Below, one piece after another: positions 1-10,807 of a stretch of 64,000 nt of DNA. Position 1 is the stretch's first letter, and each line of letters starts with the position of its first letter. Under the pieces are notes generated by a model. The model ran no database searches. It saw only the letters and a list, made by a program, of their open reading frames with translations, and was not told the origin of the DNA. A program made the position numbers and the translations under genes. Source of the stretch: a candidate division FCPU426 bacterium (GTDB lineage: Bacteria; Oederibacteriota; Muellerivitia; Muellerivitales; Muellerivitaceae). The stretch lies in the NCBI GenBank assembly GCA_963796105.1, contig CAWCKJ010000011.1, positions 1-64,000 of the forward strand. The letters run 5' to 3'.

Positions 1-3000
1 ACCCGGTGGTTTCCCGTATCCGCCACATATAGGTTCCCGCTGTCCACCCACAATCCCTTCGGCCCCGACAATTCTTGCGACGTTACCCCGCTCATTCCGC
101 TGTTAGCCTTGTAACTCGTGAATGTCCCTTGCCCTATCACTTCATCCGCGCTCGCTCCATTCACCGTCGGCAGTGTGTTGTACACCAGTATCCGGTTGTT
201 ATCCAAGTCATCTATAAACAGCCTTGTCCCGTCATAAAATACCCCTGTCGGCGCGTATAACGTATTCGCCCCGGGCGTCAGCGTCACCCCTTGGTTCGGC
301 TTGTTGCTCACCATGTCCGCCTGCCCGATCACCACGTCCGCTGACCCGTTCGTCGCCCCTAAAGTACTTATATTGTTGTAGATCAATACACGGTTGTTCC
401 CTTGGTCCGCCACTATCACTCTTGTCCCATCAGTCCATATCCCCATCGGTGTATTCAATGTGTTCGAATTTGCCGCCGTTCCCTGGTTCGCCACACTTCC
501 CGTAAATGCCGACTGGCCGATCACCTGCACCGCGCTGGGTTGTATGGCGTTGGGCACAGGACTATATACCAGGATCCGGTGACTCCCCGTATCCGCCACT
601 ACCATCACGTTCCCAGCCTGGAACACTCCCTCCGGCGAGTGCAATGAGCTCGCGCTTATCGTTGTCGCGCTGCTTTGCGTCAATGACGCCTGACCTACCG
701 CCCAGCTGGCCGACTGGTCCGTTGAAACACTGCATCCCCCGCACCCAGGCAGCGGCGTTGCCGTCGGTACTGGCGTCACTGTCGCTGTCGGACTAGAAGT
801 CGGCGTCCAGGTACAGGTGTTTGTCGCCGTGGGCAGCGGCGTCTTCGTTGAAGTCGGTGTATAGCTATCCGTCGGCGTATTCGTTGATGTCCTCGTCATG
901 GTCCAAGTCGGGCTGTTCGTCGCGCTCGGTGTGTTGCTCGGCGTATAGGTGTTCGTCTGAGTCCTTGTATTCGTCGGGGTATATGTGTTCGTCGGCGTCC
1001 ACGTATTCGTCTGTGTCTTCGTGTTTGTCGGCGTCCATGTGTCTGTGGGTGTTGGGCTCATCGTCCCCGTCTTCGTCGCTGTCGGCGTGTTTGTGGAAGT
1101 GTACGTATTTGTCTGCGTCTGGGTGTTCGTCGCCGTATAGGTATTCGTCGCCGTTCTCGTCGAGGTCGGGCTGAATGTCGCCGTCTGTGTGTAAGTATCT
1201 GTCCACGTGAAAGTCGGCGTCGGCGTATAGCTTTGCGTCGCCGTATAAGTGTCCGTCCACGTAAATGTCTCAATCGACGTATTCGTGGATGTCCAGGTGT
1301 TCGTCTGCGTATAAGTGTTCGTCACGGTCGCCGTGGGGCTGTTCGTCCTCGTATTCGTCGCCGTATAGGTGTTTGTCAGCGTATAGGTATTCGTGACTGT
1401 CGGGCTGTTCGTGAAAGTGCTCGTCGGCGGCTGTGTCCCCGTGGGCGTCAAGGTCACCGTCGGCGTCCAGGTCCTTGTGTTCGTCACCGTCGGGCTCGGC
1501 GTCGGTGTGGACGTATTCGTCCAGGTGTTCGTCGCCGTATAGGTGTTCGTTACAGTGGGCGTAGGTGTGGGTGTCCTCGTATTCGTCGCCGTATAAGTAT
1601 TCGTCCAGGTGTTCGTGGGAGTGGGCGTGTTGCTGGGTGTCGGGCTATTCGTCGGTGTATGCGTGTTCGTCGCCGTATTCGTCGGCGTATTTGTTTTGGT
1701 GTTCGTCGGGGTGTTCGTATAAGTCGGCGTCGCCGACTGTGTTCCCGTGGATGTGTTTGTTGGCGTGAAAGTTGCCGTATAGGTGTTCGTTACAGTGTTG
1801 GTCGGGGTGTTCGTCCGCGTGTTTGTCGCCGTATAGGTGTTCGTCACCGTGTTGGTTGGCGTGGAAGTCCTCGTATTCGTCGCCGTATAGGTATTCGTCC
1901 AGGTGTTCGTCGGAGTAGGCGTGTTGCTGAATGTAGGCGTCGGACTATTGGTCGCTGTATTGGTAGCCGTAGCTGTGGGTGTCGGTGTCCTCGTATTCGT
2001 CGCTGTATTCGTCGGCGTGTTTGTTTTGGTGTTCGTCGGGGTGTTCGTATAAGTCGGCGTCGCCGACTGTGTTCCCGTGGATGTGTTTGTTGGCGTGAAA
2101 GTTGCCGTATAGGTGTTCGTTACAGTGGGCGTAGACGTATTCGTCCGTGTGTTTGTCGCCGTATAGATATTCGTCCAGGTGTTCGTCGGAGTAGGCGTGT
2201 TCGTCCGGGTTGGCGTATTGGTCGGCGTATAGCTGATCGTCGGGGTATTCGTCGGCGATTGCGTCCCAGTATAGGTGTTCGTCGCTGTGTATGTCGTCGT
2301 GTAGGTTTTCGTTACGGTGGGCGTAGGCGTGTTCGTCCTCGTGGGTGTGGGTGTCGGAGTGTTTGTAGGCGTTGGCGTTGGAGTGGGGCTGTATGTGGAA
2401 GTCCATGTGTTTGTCGCAGTCGGCGTCGGGGTATTCGTGGGGGTATATGTATTCGTGGCTGTAAAAGTTGGCGTGGGGGTATTCGTGTTCGTCGGCGTTG
2501 GGGTATTAGTCCGGGTGGGTGTCGGTGTAAACGTGTTAGTAGCGGTATTCGTCGGGGTGGGGGTTGGCGTATTGGTACGCGTAGGTGAAGGTGTCGGAGT
2601 ACTCGTCGGGGTGGGGGTTGGGGTGGGCGTATACGTGTTGGTCGCGGTGAGGGTATTTGTATGAGTAGGCGACGGTGTCGGTGTGTTCGTCACGGTGGGA
2701 CTTGGCGTGGGCGTATTCGTATTTGTTGGGGTGGGCGTATTGGTGCGGGTGGGGGTCAGCGTCGGGGTGTTTGTGTTCGTGGGTGTCGGCGTATTGGTCC
2801 TTGTGGGTGTCGGCGTCGAAGTATTCGTCGCGGTGGGGGTTGGCGTGGGCGTATATGTGTTCGTCGGGGTATTGGTGCGGGTGGGTGAAGGAGTTGAGGT
2901 GTTTGTGGGTGTGGGTGTCGGCGTATTGGTCCTTGTGGGTGTCGGCGTCGGAGTGTTGGTCGCCGTGGGGGTTGGCATATTGGTACGCGTAGGTGAAGGT

Positions 3001-5180
3001 GTCGGAGTACTCGTCGGGGTGGGGGTTGGAGTCGGGGTGTTTGTGAGTGTCGGCGTATTGGTTCTTGTAGGCGTTGCAGTGGGAGTATAGCTGTTTGTCA
3101 TCGTTGGTGTTAGAGTCGGGGAGTTCGTCGGGGTGCTGGTTAACGTATTCGTCCGGGTCATTGTTGATGTAAACGTTGGAGTAAAGGTGGATGTAGCAGT
3201 TCTAGTAAAAGTGGGAGTTAAGGTATTAGTGTTGGTGGATGTAAAGATGGGAGTTGAAGTGTAAGAATAAGTAAAAGTTGGGGTGCTCTTAGTAGGGGTA
3301 TATGTCGAAGAATATGTATAGGTCGGTGTTAATGTTATTGTGGGTGTTGAGGTGGCAGTGGGAGAAATGGTGAAGGTGCGAGTGGGCGCAGGAACACAGT
3401 ACACCAAGGATGTAACCGGATTGGACGCTACTGGCGGGGGTGGATCCGAAGAATCGATCATTGCTGTGTTAACGATAGTGGCGGGGCAAGCAGAATTAAC
3501 AATACCCGTCCATGTCAATGCTTGAGTACCACTGCAGGTGCTATTAATCGACCATTTCACCACCGTACCTGAAAGACCACAGGTGGTTCCGCCGTTACAG
3601 CTCTGGTAAGTTACCCCGGTTGGAATGGTATCGTAGACAAACGGGCTGTTCGCGCCGGTCAGGCTGAAAATGCGCAAATTCGCAAATTCCGCTGGTCCTT
3701 GGTTGGCCTGGAACCCAACCACGCCAGTGCCCGTAATCGTGGAATCAGTAGTACTTAAGTCCCAATTCACCGGCGGGGTCCCAAATTGGGGCCAAACCTT
3801 CATTTGTATACTGGAACCACAAACTTGGATTTGAACTGTGTACCAATTGCTGGCAACCAAGGTCAAACCGCTGGATAAGGTAACTGTGACTAAAGGAATG
3901 GTTTGGGTTCCAGCGACTACCTTGTCGAGGTAAATTTGATTCATGGCGCTATTGATCCGGGCCATATAAAAATTGCTACCATCCACTTGGTCAAAGTGAA
4001 ACACGGCGTCACTGTGGGCGGTATTATTGGGATCCACCCTCATGTCGATCTCATAAATACCATCGTGCAAAGGCGTCATCGTGCTGTCCATAAGGGCCCA
4101 ATAAGCGGTAGCGGATCCGCTGGAAGCGGTTTGCTCGAGGTAACCCGGGGTCTCATCCCAAGTGCCTCCTGCCGGGTTTTGAGTCCATCCGCTTGGAATT
4201 CCCCCGCTTAAAGATTGAAATTCGCTTAGGGTCGTTCCAACATTTGTGTAACTCATGGTGTATGTGAGGGTGCTTCCGATTGTCACCGGCATTGTGGGAG
4301 CCACACTTTTGGCTATGGTCAAACCCGGCTGCCCGATGTAAACAGTGACAGGGTTGGATGGGGTGGAAGAAATACCCGTGCCGACCCCAATGGCTGTGTT
4401 CGGGATAGCAGTGCCCGTGGTCACGCTAGTGCTCACCTGGGTCAGAAAAGAAACAAATCCTGAAACGGGTTTGGTAAATGAACCTAAGGGCCAAGTAATA
4501 TTTTGCCCGTTGGCTGTTCCCCCATTAAAAACCTGCAAAATGGTGAACCGACTGTCGACCGCATCCGTTATACTGACGGCGCTGGAATTGGCGGTAGTAT
4601 AGTTGATTGTAAAAAGGACTTCACCACCAGGGCCAGCCGTGGTTCCCTGGGCTATTTTGGTCAGTCTGATATAGGGAGAGGGCAAAGGGACGGAGAATGC
4701 CACCGAAGCTTGGTAATCAACCGTGGGATCGGGATTCAGATAGATATTATAGGTCTTCATCGCCACAATCGCGTAATAGGTGTTTCCGGGTGTAATAAAG
4801 GAGGGCGTCGGAATAAAAAAAGTATAAGACATGGTAAAAGTACCGGCTAATGTGCTTGGAACGCTCGCGCAACCAGTTCCCTGTACCATGGCCCCTGGGG
4901 TGCAATTATCCCCCACCACAATGGTCTGGCTGCCAGCGTAGGTTTGTGCGTTTTCAAGCGTGGCTGCTGCGGATAGTACGATATAAAAAAGCGTCGGAGC
5001 CGGCCCACCACTGCTATTTGTATAAGTCCAGGTCAAGGTTACTTGCTGACCAGGAGAGGGATTGGTCGGAGATAGCGATACATTGGTAATAGAGCTAATT
5101 TGCGCCCATGCGGCGGAGCCCAAAACAAAACAAATAATAAAACCGCACAATAATGCGTGGTATTTAACCCGTACTTTCAT
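1..5180 (-). CDS. Large secreted protein, truncated by the window edge (>1700 aa): signal peptide, DUF11-like repeats with an inserted ConA/LamG-like domain, Thr-rich stalk, NHL-repeat beta-propeller
   Basis: Absent from the ORF track because its stop lies beyond position 1. Manual translation: ATG at 5180 after AAGGGATAG gives [30 protein letters not shown]11-like motifs [23 protein letters not shown] and [27 protein letters not shown]; stalk at about 750-3385; NHL repeats in the same frame ([68 protein letters not shown]). Both ends share the frame; not every stalk codon was checked for stops. Confidence 0.88.
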   Translation of the reverse strand, partial: MKVRVKYHALLCGFIICFVLGSAAWAQISSITNVSLSPTNPSPGQQVTLTWTYTNSSGGPAPTLFYIVLSAAATLENAQTYAGSQTIVVGDNCTPGAMVQGTGCASVPSTLAGTFTMSYTFFIPTPSFITPGNTYYAIVAMKTYNIYLNPDPTVDYQASVAFSVPLPSPYIRLTKIAQGTTAGPGGEVLFTINYTTANSSAVSITDAVDSRFTILQVFNGGTANGQNITWPLGSFTKPVSGFVSFLTQVSTSVTTGTAIPNTAIGVGTGISSTPSNPVTVYIGQPGLTIAKSVAPTMPVTIGSTLTYTMSYTNVGTTLSEFQSLSGGIPSGWTQNPAGGTWDETPGYLEQTASSGSATAYWALMDSTMTPLHDGIYEIDMRVDPNNTAHSDAVFHFDQVDGSNFYMARINSAMNQIYLDKVVAGTQTIPLVTVTLSSGLTLVASNWYTVQIQVCGSSIQMKVWPQFGTPPVNWDLSTTDSTITGTGVVGFQANQGPAEFANLRIFSLTGANSPFVYDTIPTGVTYQSCNGGTTCGLSGTVVKWSINSTCSGTQALTWTGIVNSACPATIVNTAMIDSSDPPPPVASNPVTSLVYCVPAPTRTFTISPTATSTPTITLTPTYTYSSTYTPTKSTPTFTYSYTSTPIFTSTNTNTLTPTFTRTATSTFTPTFTSTMTRTNTLTSTPTNSPTLTPTMTNSYTPTATPTRTNTPTLTNTPTPTPTPTSTPTPSPTRTNMPTPTATNTPTPTPTRTNTPTPTPTNTSTPSPTRTNTPTNTYTPTPTPTATNTSTPTPTRTNTPTPTNTNTPTLTPTRTNTPTPTNTNTPTPSPTVTNTPTPSPTHTNTLTATNTYTPTPTPTPTSTPTPSPTRTNTPTPTPTNTATNTFTPTPTRTNTPTPTNTNTPTPTFTATNTYTPTNTPTPTATNTWTSTYSPTPTPTPTNTPTPTPTRTNTPTPTVTKTYTTTYTATNTYTGTQSPTNTPTISYTPTNTPTRTNTPTPTNTWTNIYTATNTRTNTSTPTVTNTYTATFTPTNTSTGTQSATPTYTNTPTNTKTNTPTNTATNTRTPTPTATATNTATNSPTPTFSNTPTPTNTWTNTYTATNTRTSTPTNTVTNTYTATNTRTNTPTNTVTNTYTATFTPTNTSTGTQSATPTYTNTPTNTKTNTPTNTATNTHTPTNSPTPSNTPTPTNTWTNTYTATNTRTPTPTPTVTNTYTATNTWTNTSTPTPSPTVTNTRTWTPTVTLTPTGTQPPTSTFTNSPTVTNTYTLTNTYTATNTRTNSPTATVTNTYTQTNTWTSTNTSIETFTWTDTYTATQSYTPTPTFTWTDTYTQTATFSPTSTRTATNTYTATNTQTQTNTYTSTNTPTATKTGTMSPTPTDTWTPTNTKTQTNTWTPTNTYTPTNTRTQTNTYTPSNTPSATNSPTWTMTRTSTNTPTDSYTPTSTKTPLPTATNTCTWTPTSSPTATVTPVPTATPLPGCGGCSVSTDQSASWAVGQASLTQSSATTISASSLHSPEGVFQAGNVMVVADTGSHRILVYSPVPNAIQPSAVQVIGQSAFTGSVANQGTAANSNTLNTPMGIWTDGTRVIVADQGNNRVLIYNNISTLGATNGSADVVIGQADMVSNKPNQGVTLTPGANTLYAPTGVFYDGTRLFIDDLDNNRILVYNTLPTVNGASADEVIGQGTFTSYKANSGMSGVTSQELSGPKGLWVDSGNLYVADTGNHR
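1690..2127. repeat. 108-bp exact internal direct repeat (1690-1797 and 2020-2127) in the stalk of the first gene
   Basis: Identical sequence tttgttttggtgttcgtcgggg...gttcgttacagtg at an in-frame offset of 330 bp. Confidence 0.9.
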
Positions 5181-5385
5181 CAACTATCCCTTTTGAACAT
5201 TCGTTCAAAATCACTTAGAAATAATATTTTTCGGTTTATTCGCGTCATTCGATGCGTATTTCATTAATGTTAAAACGTTTTAATTTTAATTTATCATAAT
5301 CATTCTAGGAGTCAATATCCCATTCCTAATGATAAATTCGATTAAATTCAACATTTTCAATCAAATTAATATAGCAGTTAAATTT

Positions 5386-8265
5386 TCACCTAATAAAAAT
5401 GACTCTTTTGGTTTTGCGGTCCATGGGTTCAGTGAGGTAGAAGAGGTAAACCCCGCTGGCGCAAGTGTCCCCGTACTTGTTCGTCCCGTCCCAGTAGTAG
5501 CTTCCATTGTATGGAGCCTCCAGGAATCGGCTGTCCAGCGTCTTGATGTGCTCCCCCGCCGAGTTGTACACGTTCAGCTCAAATGGACCCGGATATTGGG
5601 TCGTTCCCACAAATATTGACACCGGATCTCCCCCTCCCTTGAACACATTCTTCGTCACCGTGAAGTAATCCACCGTCGGTGTCCAAGTCGGCACCTGCGT
5701 GACGGAGGATGTCGCGGTGGGTGTGGGAGTGACCGTGGGAGTGGATGTCCAGGCAGGAGTATCGGTGATCGTCGGTGTCGGAGTGGGAGTAGAGGTGAGG
5801 GTGGATGTGGCTGTCGGGGTTGAGGTTGAGGTGAAGGTATTGGTTGGTGTTTTGGTGAATGTCAGTGTAGCCGTGTCCGTCGGGGTGTTGGTGGGGGTGG
5901 CTGTGTTGGTGGAAGTCCAGGTATTCGTGGGGGTAAAGGTGGAGGTTGAAGTGTTGGTTTGGGTGGGGCTGTAGGTGGCAGTTGGAGTATTCGTGGAAGT
6001 GTAAGTATTGGTAGGTGTGTTGGTGTCAGTCGGAGTGTTCGTGTCTGTGGGGGTGTTAGTTGAGGTGGGGGTAAAGGTCTGCGTCGGCGTGTTGGTAGGA
6101 GTTGATGTGTTTGTGGCCGTATAGGTGGATGTCGAAGTATAGGTCTGTGTGGGACTGTTCGTGGCTGTCGGAGTATTGGTGGATGTGGGCGTAAAGGTCG
6201 GCGTAGGAGTATCAGTCGCCGTGTAAGTCTCTGTCGGAGTGAAAGTCGGCGTGGGCGAAAGGGTATCTGTCGGCGTTGGAGTCGGCGTATAGGTGAATAC
6301 GGGCGTTTCGGTGGACGTGGAAGTCGAGGTAGAAGTCGGGGTCATCGTCGACGTAGGTGTCCATGTCGGGGTTGGAGTGTTTGTGGAAGTAAAGGTAGCG
6401 GTGTCAGTGGAAGTGTCGGTGGGTGTGAATGTAGGAGTTGGGGTGTAGGACGGCGTACTCGTGTCAGTGGCTGTCGGCGTGGAAGTATTAGTCGCGGTGG
6501 ATGTGGAAGTCGAGGTATTGGTGGAAGTAGGCGTGGCCGTAAAAGTGGGCGTATTGGTCGGGGTATTGGTGGGTGATTGGGTTCCCGTCGGGCTGGAAGT
6601 CGGAGTCGGCGTGACAGTGGGCGTACTCGTGAATGTCGGGGTGGGTGTTGAAGTGGGGGTGCTGGTAGGAGTCGGGGTGTAGGACGGCGTGCTCGTGGCA
6701 GTGGCTGTCGGCGTGGACGTCGGGGTGGAAGTATTAGTCGCGGTGGACGTGGAAGTCGGTGTATTCGTGGAAGTAGGAGTAGCCGTAAATGTGGGCGTAT
6801 TGGTCGGGGTGTTGGTGGGTGATTGGGTTCCTGTCGGGCTGGATGTCGGGGTCGGCGTGATGGTAGGTGTATTCGTAGATGTCGGAGTGGGTGTTGAGGT
6901 GGGGGTGCTGGTAGCTGTCGGAGTAGGCGTCCTCGTCGGGGTACTGGTGGGAGTAAATGTTGACGTCGCAGTCGAGGTGTAGGTGGGCGTTGCCGTTGGG
7001 GTTGAAGTGGATGTGTTTGTCGGGGTGTTGCTGGGCGTGAATGTAAGGGTCGCAGTCGGGGTATTTGTGGGGGTAGGTGTTGGGGTTTTGGTGGGGGTAA
7101 TGGTCGGAGTGTTCGTGGGTGACTGGGTCCCCGTCGGGCTGTTCGTGGGAGTCGGGGTAATCGTGGGTGTAGGTGTCGATGTCGCCGTGGGGGTTGATGT
7201 GGAGGTATTGGTAGCTGTTGGGGTAGGCGTCCTCGTCGGGGTACTAGTTGACGTATAGGTTGGCGTTGATGTTGAGGTATTAGTGGGAGTCGCTGTCGGA
7301 GTCATCGTGGAAGTGTTCGTAGGGGTGGGGGTAGGTGTTCTCGTCGGGGTAGATGTAGGCGTGGATGTTGGGGTAGGGGTCACAGTCGGAGTATTCGTGG
7401 GGGTAGGTGTTGGGGTTTTGGTGGGGGTAATGGTCGGAGTGTTCGTGGGTGACTGGGTCCCAGTCGGGCTGTTCGTAGGAGTCGGAGTAATAGTAGGCGT
7501 AGGAGTCGACGTCGGGGTAGGCGTGGTGGTGGGTGTATAAGTCCTGGTAGGGGTAGGTGTGGAAGTCGAGGTATTGGTGGGAGTCGATGTCGGTGTCAGG
7601 GTAGGTGTTGAGGTTGGCGTAGGGGTGGGGGTCCTGGTAGGGGTAGAAGTCGAAGTAGCAGAAGGCGTTGAAGTCGAGGTATTGGTAGGTGTCGCTGTTG
7701 GAGTCATAGTAGGGGTGTTCGTCGGCGTTGGGCTTGGGGTCCTCGTCGGGGTGGAAGTCGGCGTGGAAGTCAGTGTCAGGGTGGGTGTTGGGGTAGGAGT
7801 GGACGTGGGCGTCATAGTGGGGGTGGGGGTTGCGGTGGGAGAAGGGGTCCTGGTTGGAGTGGGAGTCGGTGTGACTGTCGGAGTATTGGTGGGGGTTGGA
7901 GTAGGTGTCTTGGTCGGGGTAATGGTAGGTGTATTCGTCGGCGACTGAGTCCCCGTCGGGCTTGGGGTTGGAGTGGGAGTAATCGTAGGGGTGGAAGTAT
8001 TAGTCGGCGTGGGCGTCGTAGTCGGCGTTCTGGTTGGGGTGCTTGTCGGAGTAGGCGTGGGAGTCATAGTGGGTGTTGGGCTGGGCGTAGATGTTGGCGT
8101 ATTGGTTGGGGTTGGGGTGGGCGTCCTGGTGGGGGTGAAAGTAGGGCTCGGAGTAGGAGTGGTCGTGGGAGTTGGGGTCGGCGTATTCGTGGTAGTCGGG
8201 GTGGGTGTCCTCGTCGGGGTAGCAGTAGAGGTGGTTGTTGGTGTTGGCGTGGGGGTGGAAGTGGG
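5386..8265. repeat. About 2.9-kb near-identical direct repeat, copy 1 (copy 2 at 25209-28088)
   Basis: Visual alignment at offset 19823 shows only a handful of substitutions (e.g. near 6163, 7244, 7413, 7423). Confidence 0.9.
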
Positions 8266-10467
8266 AGTGTTGGTAGGTGTGGATGTAGGTGTCGGGGTCG
8301 ATGTCCTGCTCGGGGTGGATGTCGGGCTATTGGTGAGTGTAAGGGTAGGGCTATTGGTGGGTGAGTTGGTTGGAGTAGGTGTCGGGGTACGAGTAGGAGA
8401 TGGGGTGGGAGTGCTGGTTGGGGTCAAGGTGGGGGTATTGGTGGGTGTAGGGCTAGGTGTTCTGGTAGGTGTGAAAGTAGGGCTATTGGTAGGTGTTGCC
8501 GTCTGAGTATTAGTGGGACTGTTAGTGGGGGTATTGGTACGGGTGGGGCTAGGAGTCGGCGAAATCGTGGGGGTAGGAGTTGGTGAATTCGTCATGGTAT
8601 TGGTGGGTGAGTTGGTCGGAGTGGGTGTCAGAGTACGAGTGGGAGAAGGAGTGGGGGTGCTGGTTGGAGTCAAAGTGGCTGTATTGGTGGGTGTAGGGGT
8701 AGGTGTTCTGGTTGAGGTAAAAGTAGGGCTATTGGTAGGCGTTGCCGTCTGAGTATTAGTGGGACTGTTGGTGGGGGTATTGGTACGGGTGGGGCTAGGA
8801 GTCGGCGAAACCGTGGGGGTAGGTGTTGGGGTGGATGTCCTGGTGGGTGTAGGGGTGGGTGACACAGTTGGTGTTGGAGTGGGCGAAACTGTATTCGTTG
8901 GGCTGGGTGTCGGAGTCCTGGTTGGTGAATTCGTGGGAGTGGGTGTTTGGGTAGGGGTCGGGGTATTGGTACGAGTAGGAGTAGAAGTGGGTGTAGAGGT
9001 AAAGGTGTAGGTATATGTGTAAGTGGATGTATTGGTAAAAGTGGGGGTGCGTGTTAAAGTCGGTGTCATCGCGACCGTCGGGGTGTAGGTATAAGTGTAG
9101 GTGGGGGTAAAAGTCGGGGTCGTCTTGGTCGGGGTATAAGTGTACGTATAAGTGTAGGTCATAGTAGGCGTTGGAGAAATGGTGTAGGTGTAACAGGGTA
9201 AGGTAACACTGACAGTATTTGAGGCGACTGAAGTTGCGCCAGAACTGCCGTCATAGAACATTGTCGCGGCATTCATGTTTACCCAATTCTGACAGCCGTA
9301 TGGATTGAAGTAATAATAACTCGCAGTAAAAGTGACAGCCCAATGGGGAGCGACTCCGGTATAAACGTTCTTTCCAGGGAAACCCGAAAAAAACGACACA
9401 GCGAATCCAAAGTTAGAACAAAAAGACGAACCGAATGATCCGGATTCACCCATGGGTCCATAAGACCAGCTGTTAATATTGGTACTTCCCCCGGAAAAAC
9501 CCCCATTTCCCCAGGAAGCCGCGCCCGACCAGCCCAGACAATCCCCCAAATAGGGTATTCCGGTATCGGGACCACCATTATTAGTAATGGATACAACATA
9601 ACTTGCAGAGGGACTGGTCGGCGTGGGATCACCGACCCCGGAGTCATATGACAAAAGGGATTTATTAATGGTGAAGCTAGGAGCTCCGGGAGGAGTAACC
9701 GGATTAAGCATAAAAGTTTGCCGGAAATATAAATCCACACAGGAAGGAATATAAGCGTTTATGCCATTGGGATCGACGGATAACACTGGCACCAATTGTC
9801 CAGACGCTTGGTCAATGACCTGTTTGCTCCAAATCCCAGTCGTCACAACTGCCGCAGCCGCCCAACCGGTAGTGGTAGTCCCGGCGGTCGGAACATAATT
9901 CGTGGCATACCACGAGACCCCGGCAGTACCCGGCGGATTAGCAGCACTTGTACAGTTAGGAAAAGTTCCAGTATCCTGTTGCGCGTGTACCTGTGTATTG
10001 GTTCCGTCACTAAGAACGTAGGCATGCTGTCCGCTAGAGCAAGTAATATCCACGTCCCAGCTTCCAAAAACCTGGTACTGCTGGGAATTATTATTCTGAA
10101 CTGCCACAACATTGGAGGCGGAGTTCGTTAATAAGTTCAAAAGGGTTGCATCGGTACTTGTATAACAGGTAGGCGACCCGGTGCAATTCAGGGTTGTACC
10201 AGGGGTCGGGGTACAACCATTTAAGGGAGTGAAAAGAATTCCATTTGCGGTGCCGATTTGGACGCCGTCAATCCAAACCGTTTCAGAGTCATCCGCAATG
10301 CCGCAAACTTTTACCGAGGTGGCCGTGCATGCCCCCCGAGAATTTTCCGGACACATGAATAGACAACTCGTGAGGAGGAATAATGTGAAAAAGATCCTCC
10401 AACCACTTAAACCGGTTACATTAGGCTTTAAAAAGCGCCGCTTAACTTTTTCTTGTCGGACTTTCAT
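5386..10467 (-). CDS. Mucin-like secreted protein A (1693 aa): Cys-rich head, Thr/Pro stalk, FlgD-Ig/T9SS-CTD-like tail
   Basis: Hydrophobic signal segment ending SRGA; head motif [22 protein letters not shown]; about 1170-aa T-x stalk (5674-9192); tail [15 protein letters not shown]...[20 protein letters not shown]...RVIFIR. Confidence 0.92.
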   Translation of the reverse strand: MKVRQEKVKRRFLKPNVTGLSGWRIFFTLFLLTSCLFMCPENSRGACTATSVKVCGIADDSETVWIDGVQIGTANGILFTPLNGCTPTPGTTLNCTGSPTCYTSTDATLLNLLTNSASNVVAVQNNNSQQYQVFGSWDVDITCSSGQHAYVLSDGTNTQVHAQQDTGTFPNCTSAANPPGTAGVSWYATNYVPTAGTTTTGWAAAAVVTTGIWSKQVIDQASGQLVPVLSVDPNGINAYIPSCVDLYFRQTFMLNPVTPPGAPSFTINKSLLSYDSGVGDPTPTSPSASYVVSITNNGGPDTGIPYLGDCLGWSGAASWGNGGFSGGSTNINSWSYGPMGESGSFGSSFCSNFGFAVSFFSGFPGKNVYTGVAPHWAVTFTASYYYFNPYGCQNWVNMNAATMFYDGSSGATSVASNTVSVTLPCYTYTISPTPTMTYTYTYTYTPTKTTPTFTPTYTYTYTPTVAMTPTLTRTPTFTNTSTYTYTYTFTSTPTSTPTRTNTPTPTQTPTPTNSPTRTPTPSPTNTVSPTPTPTVSPTPTPTRTSTPTPTPTVSPTPSPTRTNTPTNSPTNTQTATPTNSPTFTSTRTPTPTPTNTATLTPTSTPTPSPTRTLTPTPTNSPTNTMTNSPTPTPTISPTPSPTRTNTPTNSPTNTQTATPTNSPTFTPTRTPSPTPTNTPTLTPTSTPTPSPTRTPTPTPTNSPTNSPTLTLTNSPTSTPSRTSTPTPTSTPTNTPTSTPTPTPTTTSTATPTRTPTPTTTNTPTPTPTTTPTPSPTFTPTRTPTPTPTNTPTSTPSPTPTMTPTPTPTSTPTRTPTTTPTPTNTSTPTITPTPTPSPTGTQSPTNTPTITPTKTPTPTPTNTPTVTPTPTPTRTPSPTATPTPTMTPTSTPTPTPTLTLTSTPTSTPTRTPSPTPTNTPTMTPTATPTNTSTSTPSATSTSTPTRTPTPTPTSTPTLTPTSTPTNTSTSTPTPTRTYTPTTTPTPTSTPTPTITPTPTNSPTGTQSPTNTPTITPTKTPTPTPTNTPTVTPTPTSTPTSTPTRTPTPTPTNTSTMTPTATPTNTSTSTPTYTSTSTPTRTPTPTATNTSTSTPTATSTPTPTITPTPTNSPTGTQSPTNTPTITPTKTPTPTPTNTPTATLTFTPSNTPTNTSTSTPTATPTYTSTATSTFTPTSTPTRTPTPTATSTPTSTPTPTSTNTPTITPTPTSSPTGTQSPTNTPTNTPTFTATPTSTNTPTSTSTATNTSTPTSTPTATATSTPSYTPTPTSTPTSTPTPTFTSTPTVTPTPTSSPTGTQSPTNTPTNTPTFTATPTSTNTSTSTSTATNTSTPTATDTSTPSYTPTPTFTPTDTSTDTATFTSTNTPTPTWTPTSTMTPTSTSTSTSTETPVFTYTPTPTPTDTLSPTPTFTPTETYTATDTPTPTFTPTSTNTPTATNSPTQTYTSTSTYTATNTSTPTNTPTQTFTPTSTNTPTDTNTPTDTNTPTNTYTSTNTPTATYSPTQTNTSTSTFTPTNTWTSTNTATPTNTPTDTATLTFTKTPTNTFTSTSTPTATSTLTSTPTPTPTITDTPAWTSTPTVTPTPTATSSVTQVPTWTPTVDYFTVTKNVFKGGGDPVSIFVGTTQYPGPFELNVYNSAGEHIKTLDSRFLEAPYNGSYYWDGTNKYGDTCASGVYLFYLTEPMDRKTKRVIFIR

Positions 10468-10807
10468 TTCTTACCCATGCTCGCAATTTGAACAATTGAT
10501 TGAAGTGAAATTTAATCAAGTTAAATAAATCAAAGTAAAACGCCATTAAAGGAAATTTCCCGCCCAAAGACTTCAAATAATTAAGAGATACTCTCTTTTA
10601 TTAAAGTATACCCCATGTGAATAAAACCGGTTTCGGGAAGTTAAAAATAGTAGTTTTTATGCTTATATTTGTGTTTTAAGACTTTATTTGATTGATTCCC
10701 GCTAATTGCAATAAATTCAAAGACAAACTCAATTTAAAGCAATTATTTTTGAAATGGGAAATAATCTCAAATTTAAAACAAAAGGACACACAAATTTCAG
10801 ACATTTC

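Noticed and set aside
865..2588. Arg-rich 451-aa ORF (1233-2588 +) and Asp/His/Tyr-rich minus-strand ORFs (865-1260, 1945-2406)
   Set aside because: Alternative-frame readings of the stalk of the uncalled 5180-to-edge gene.
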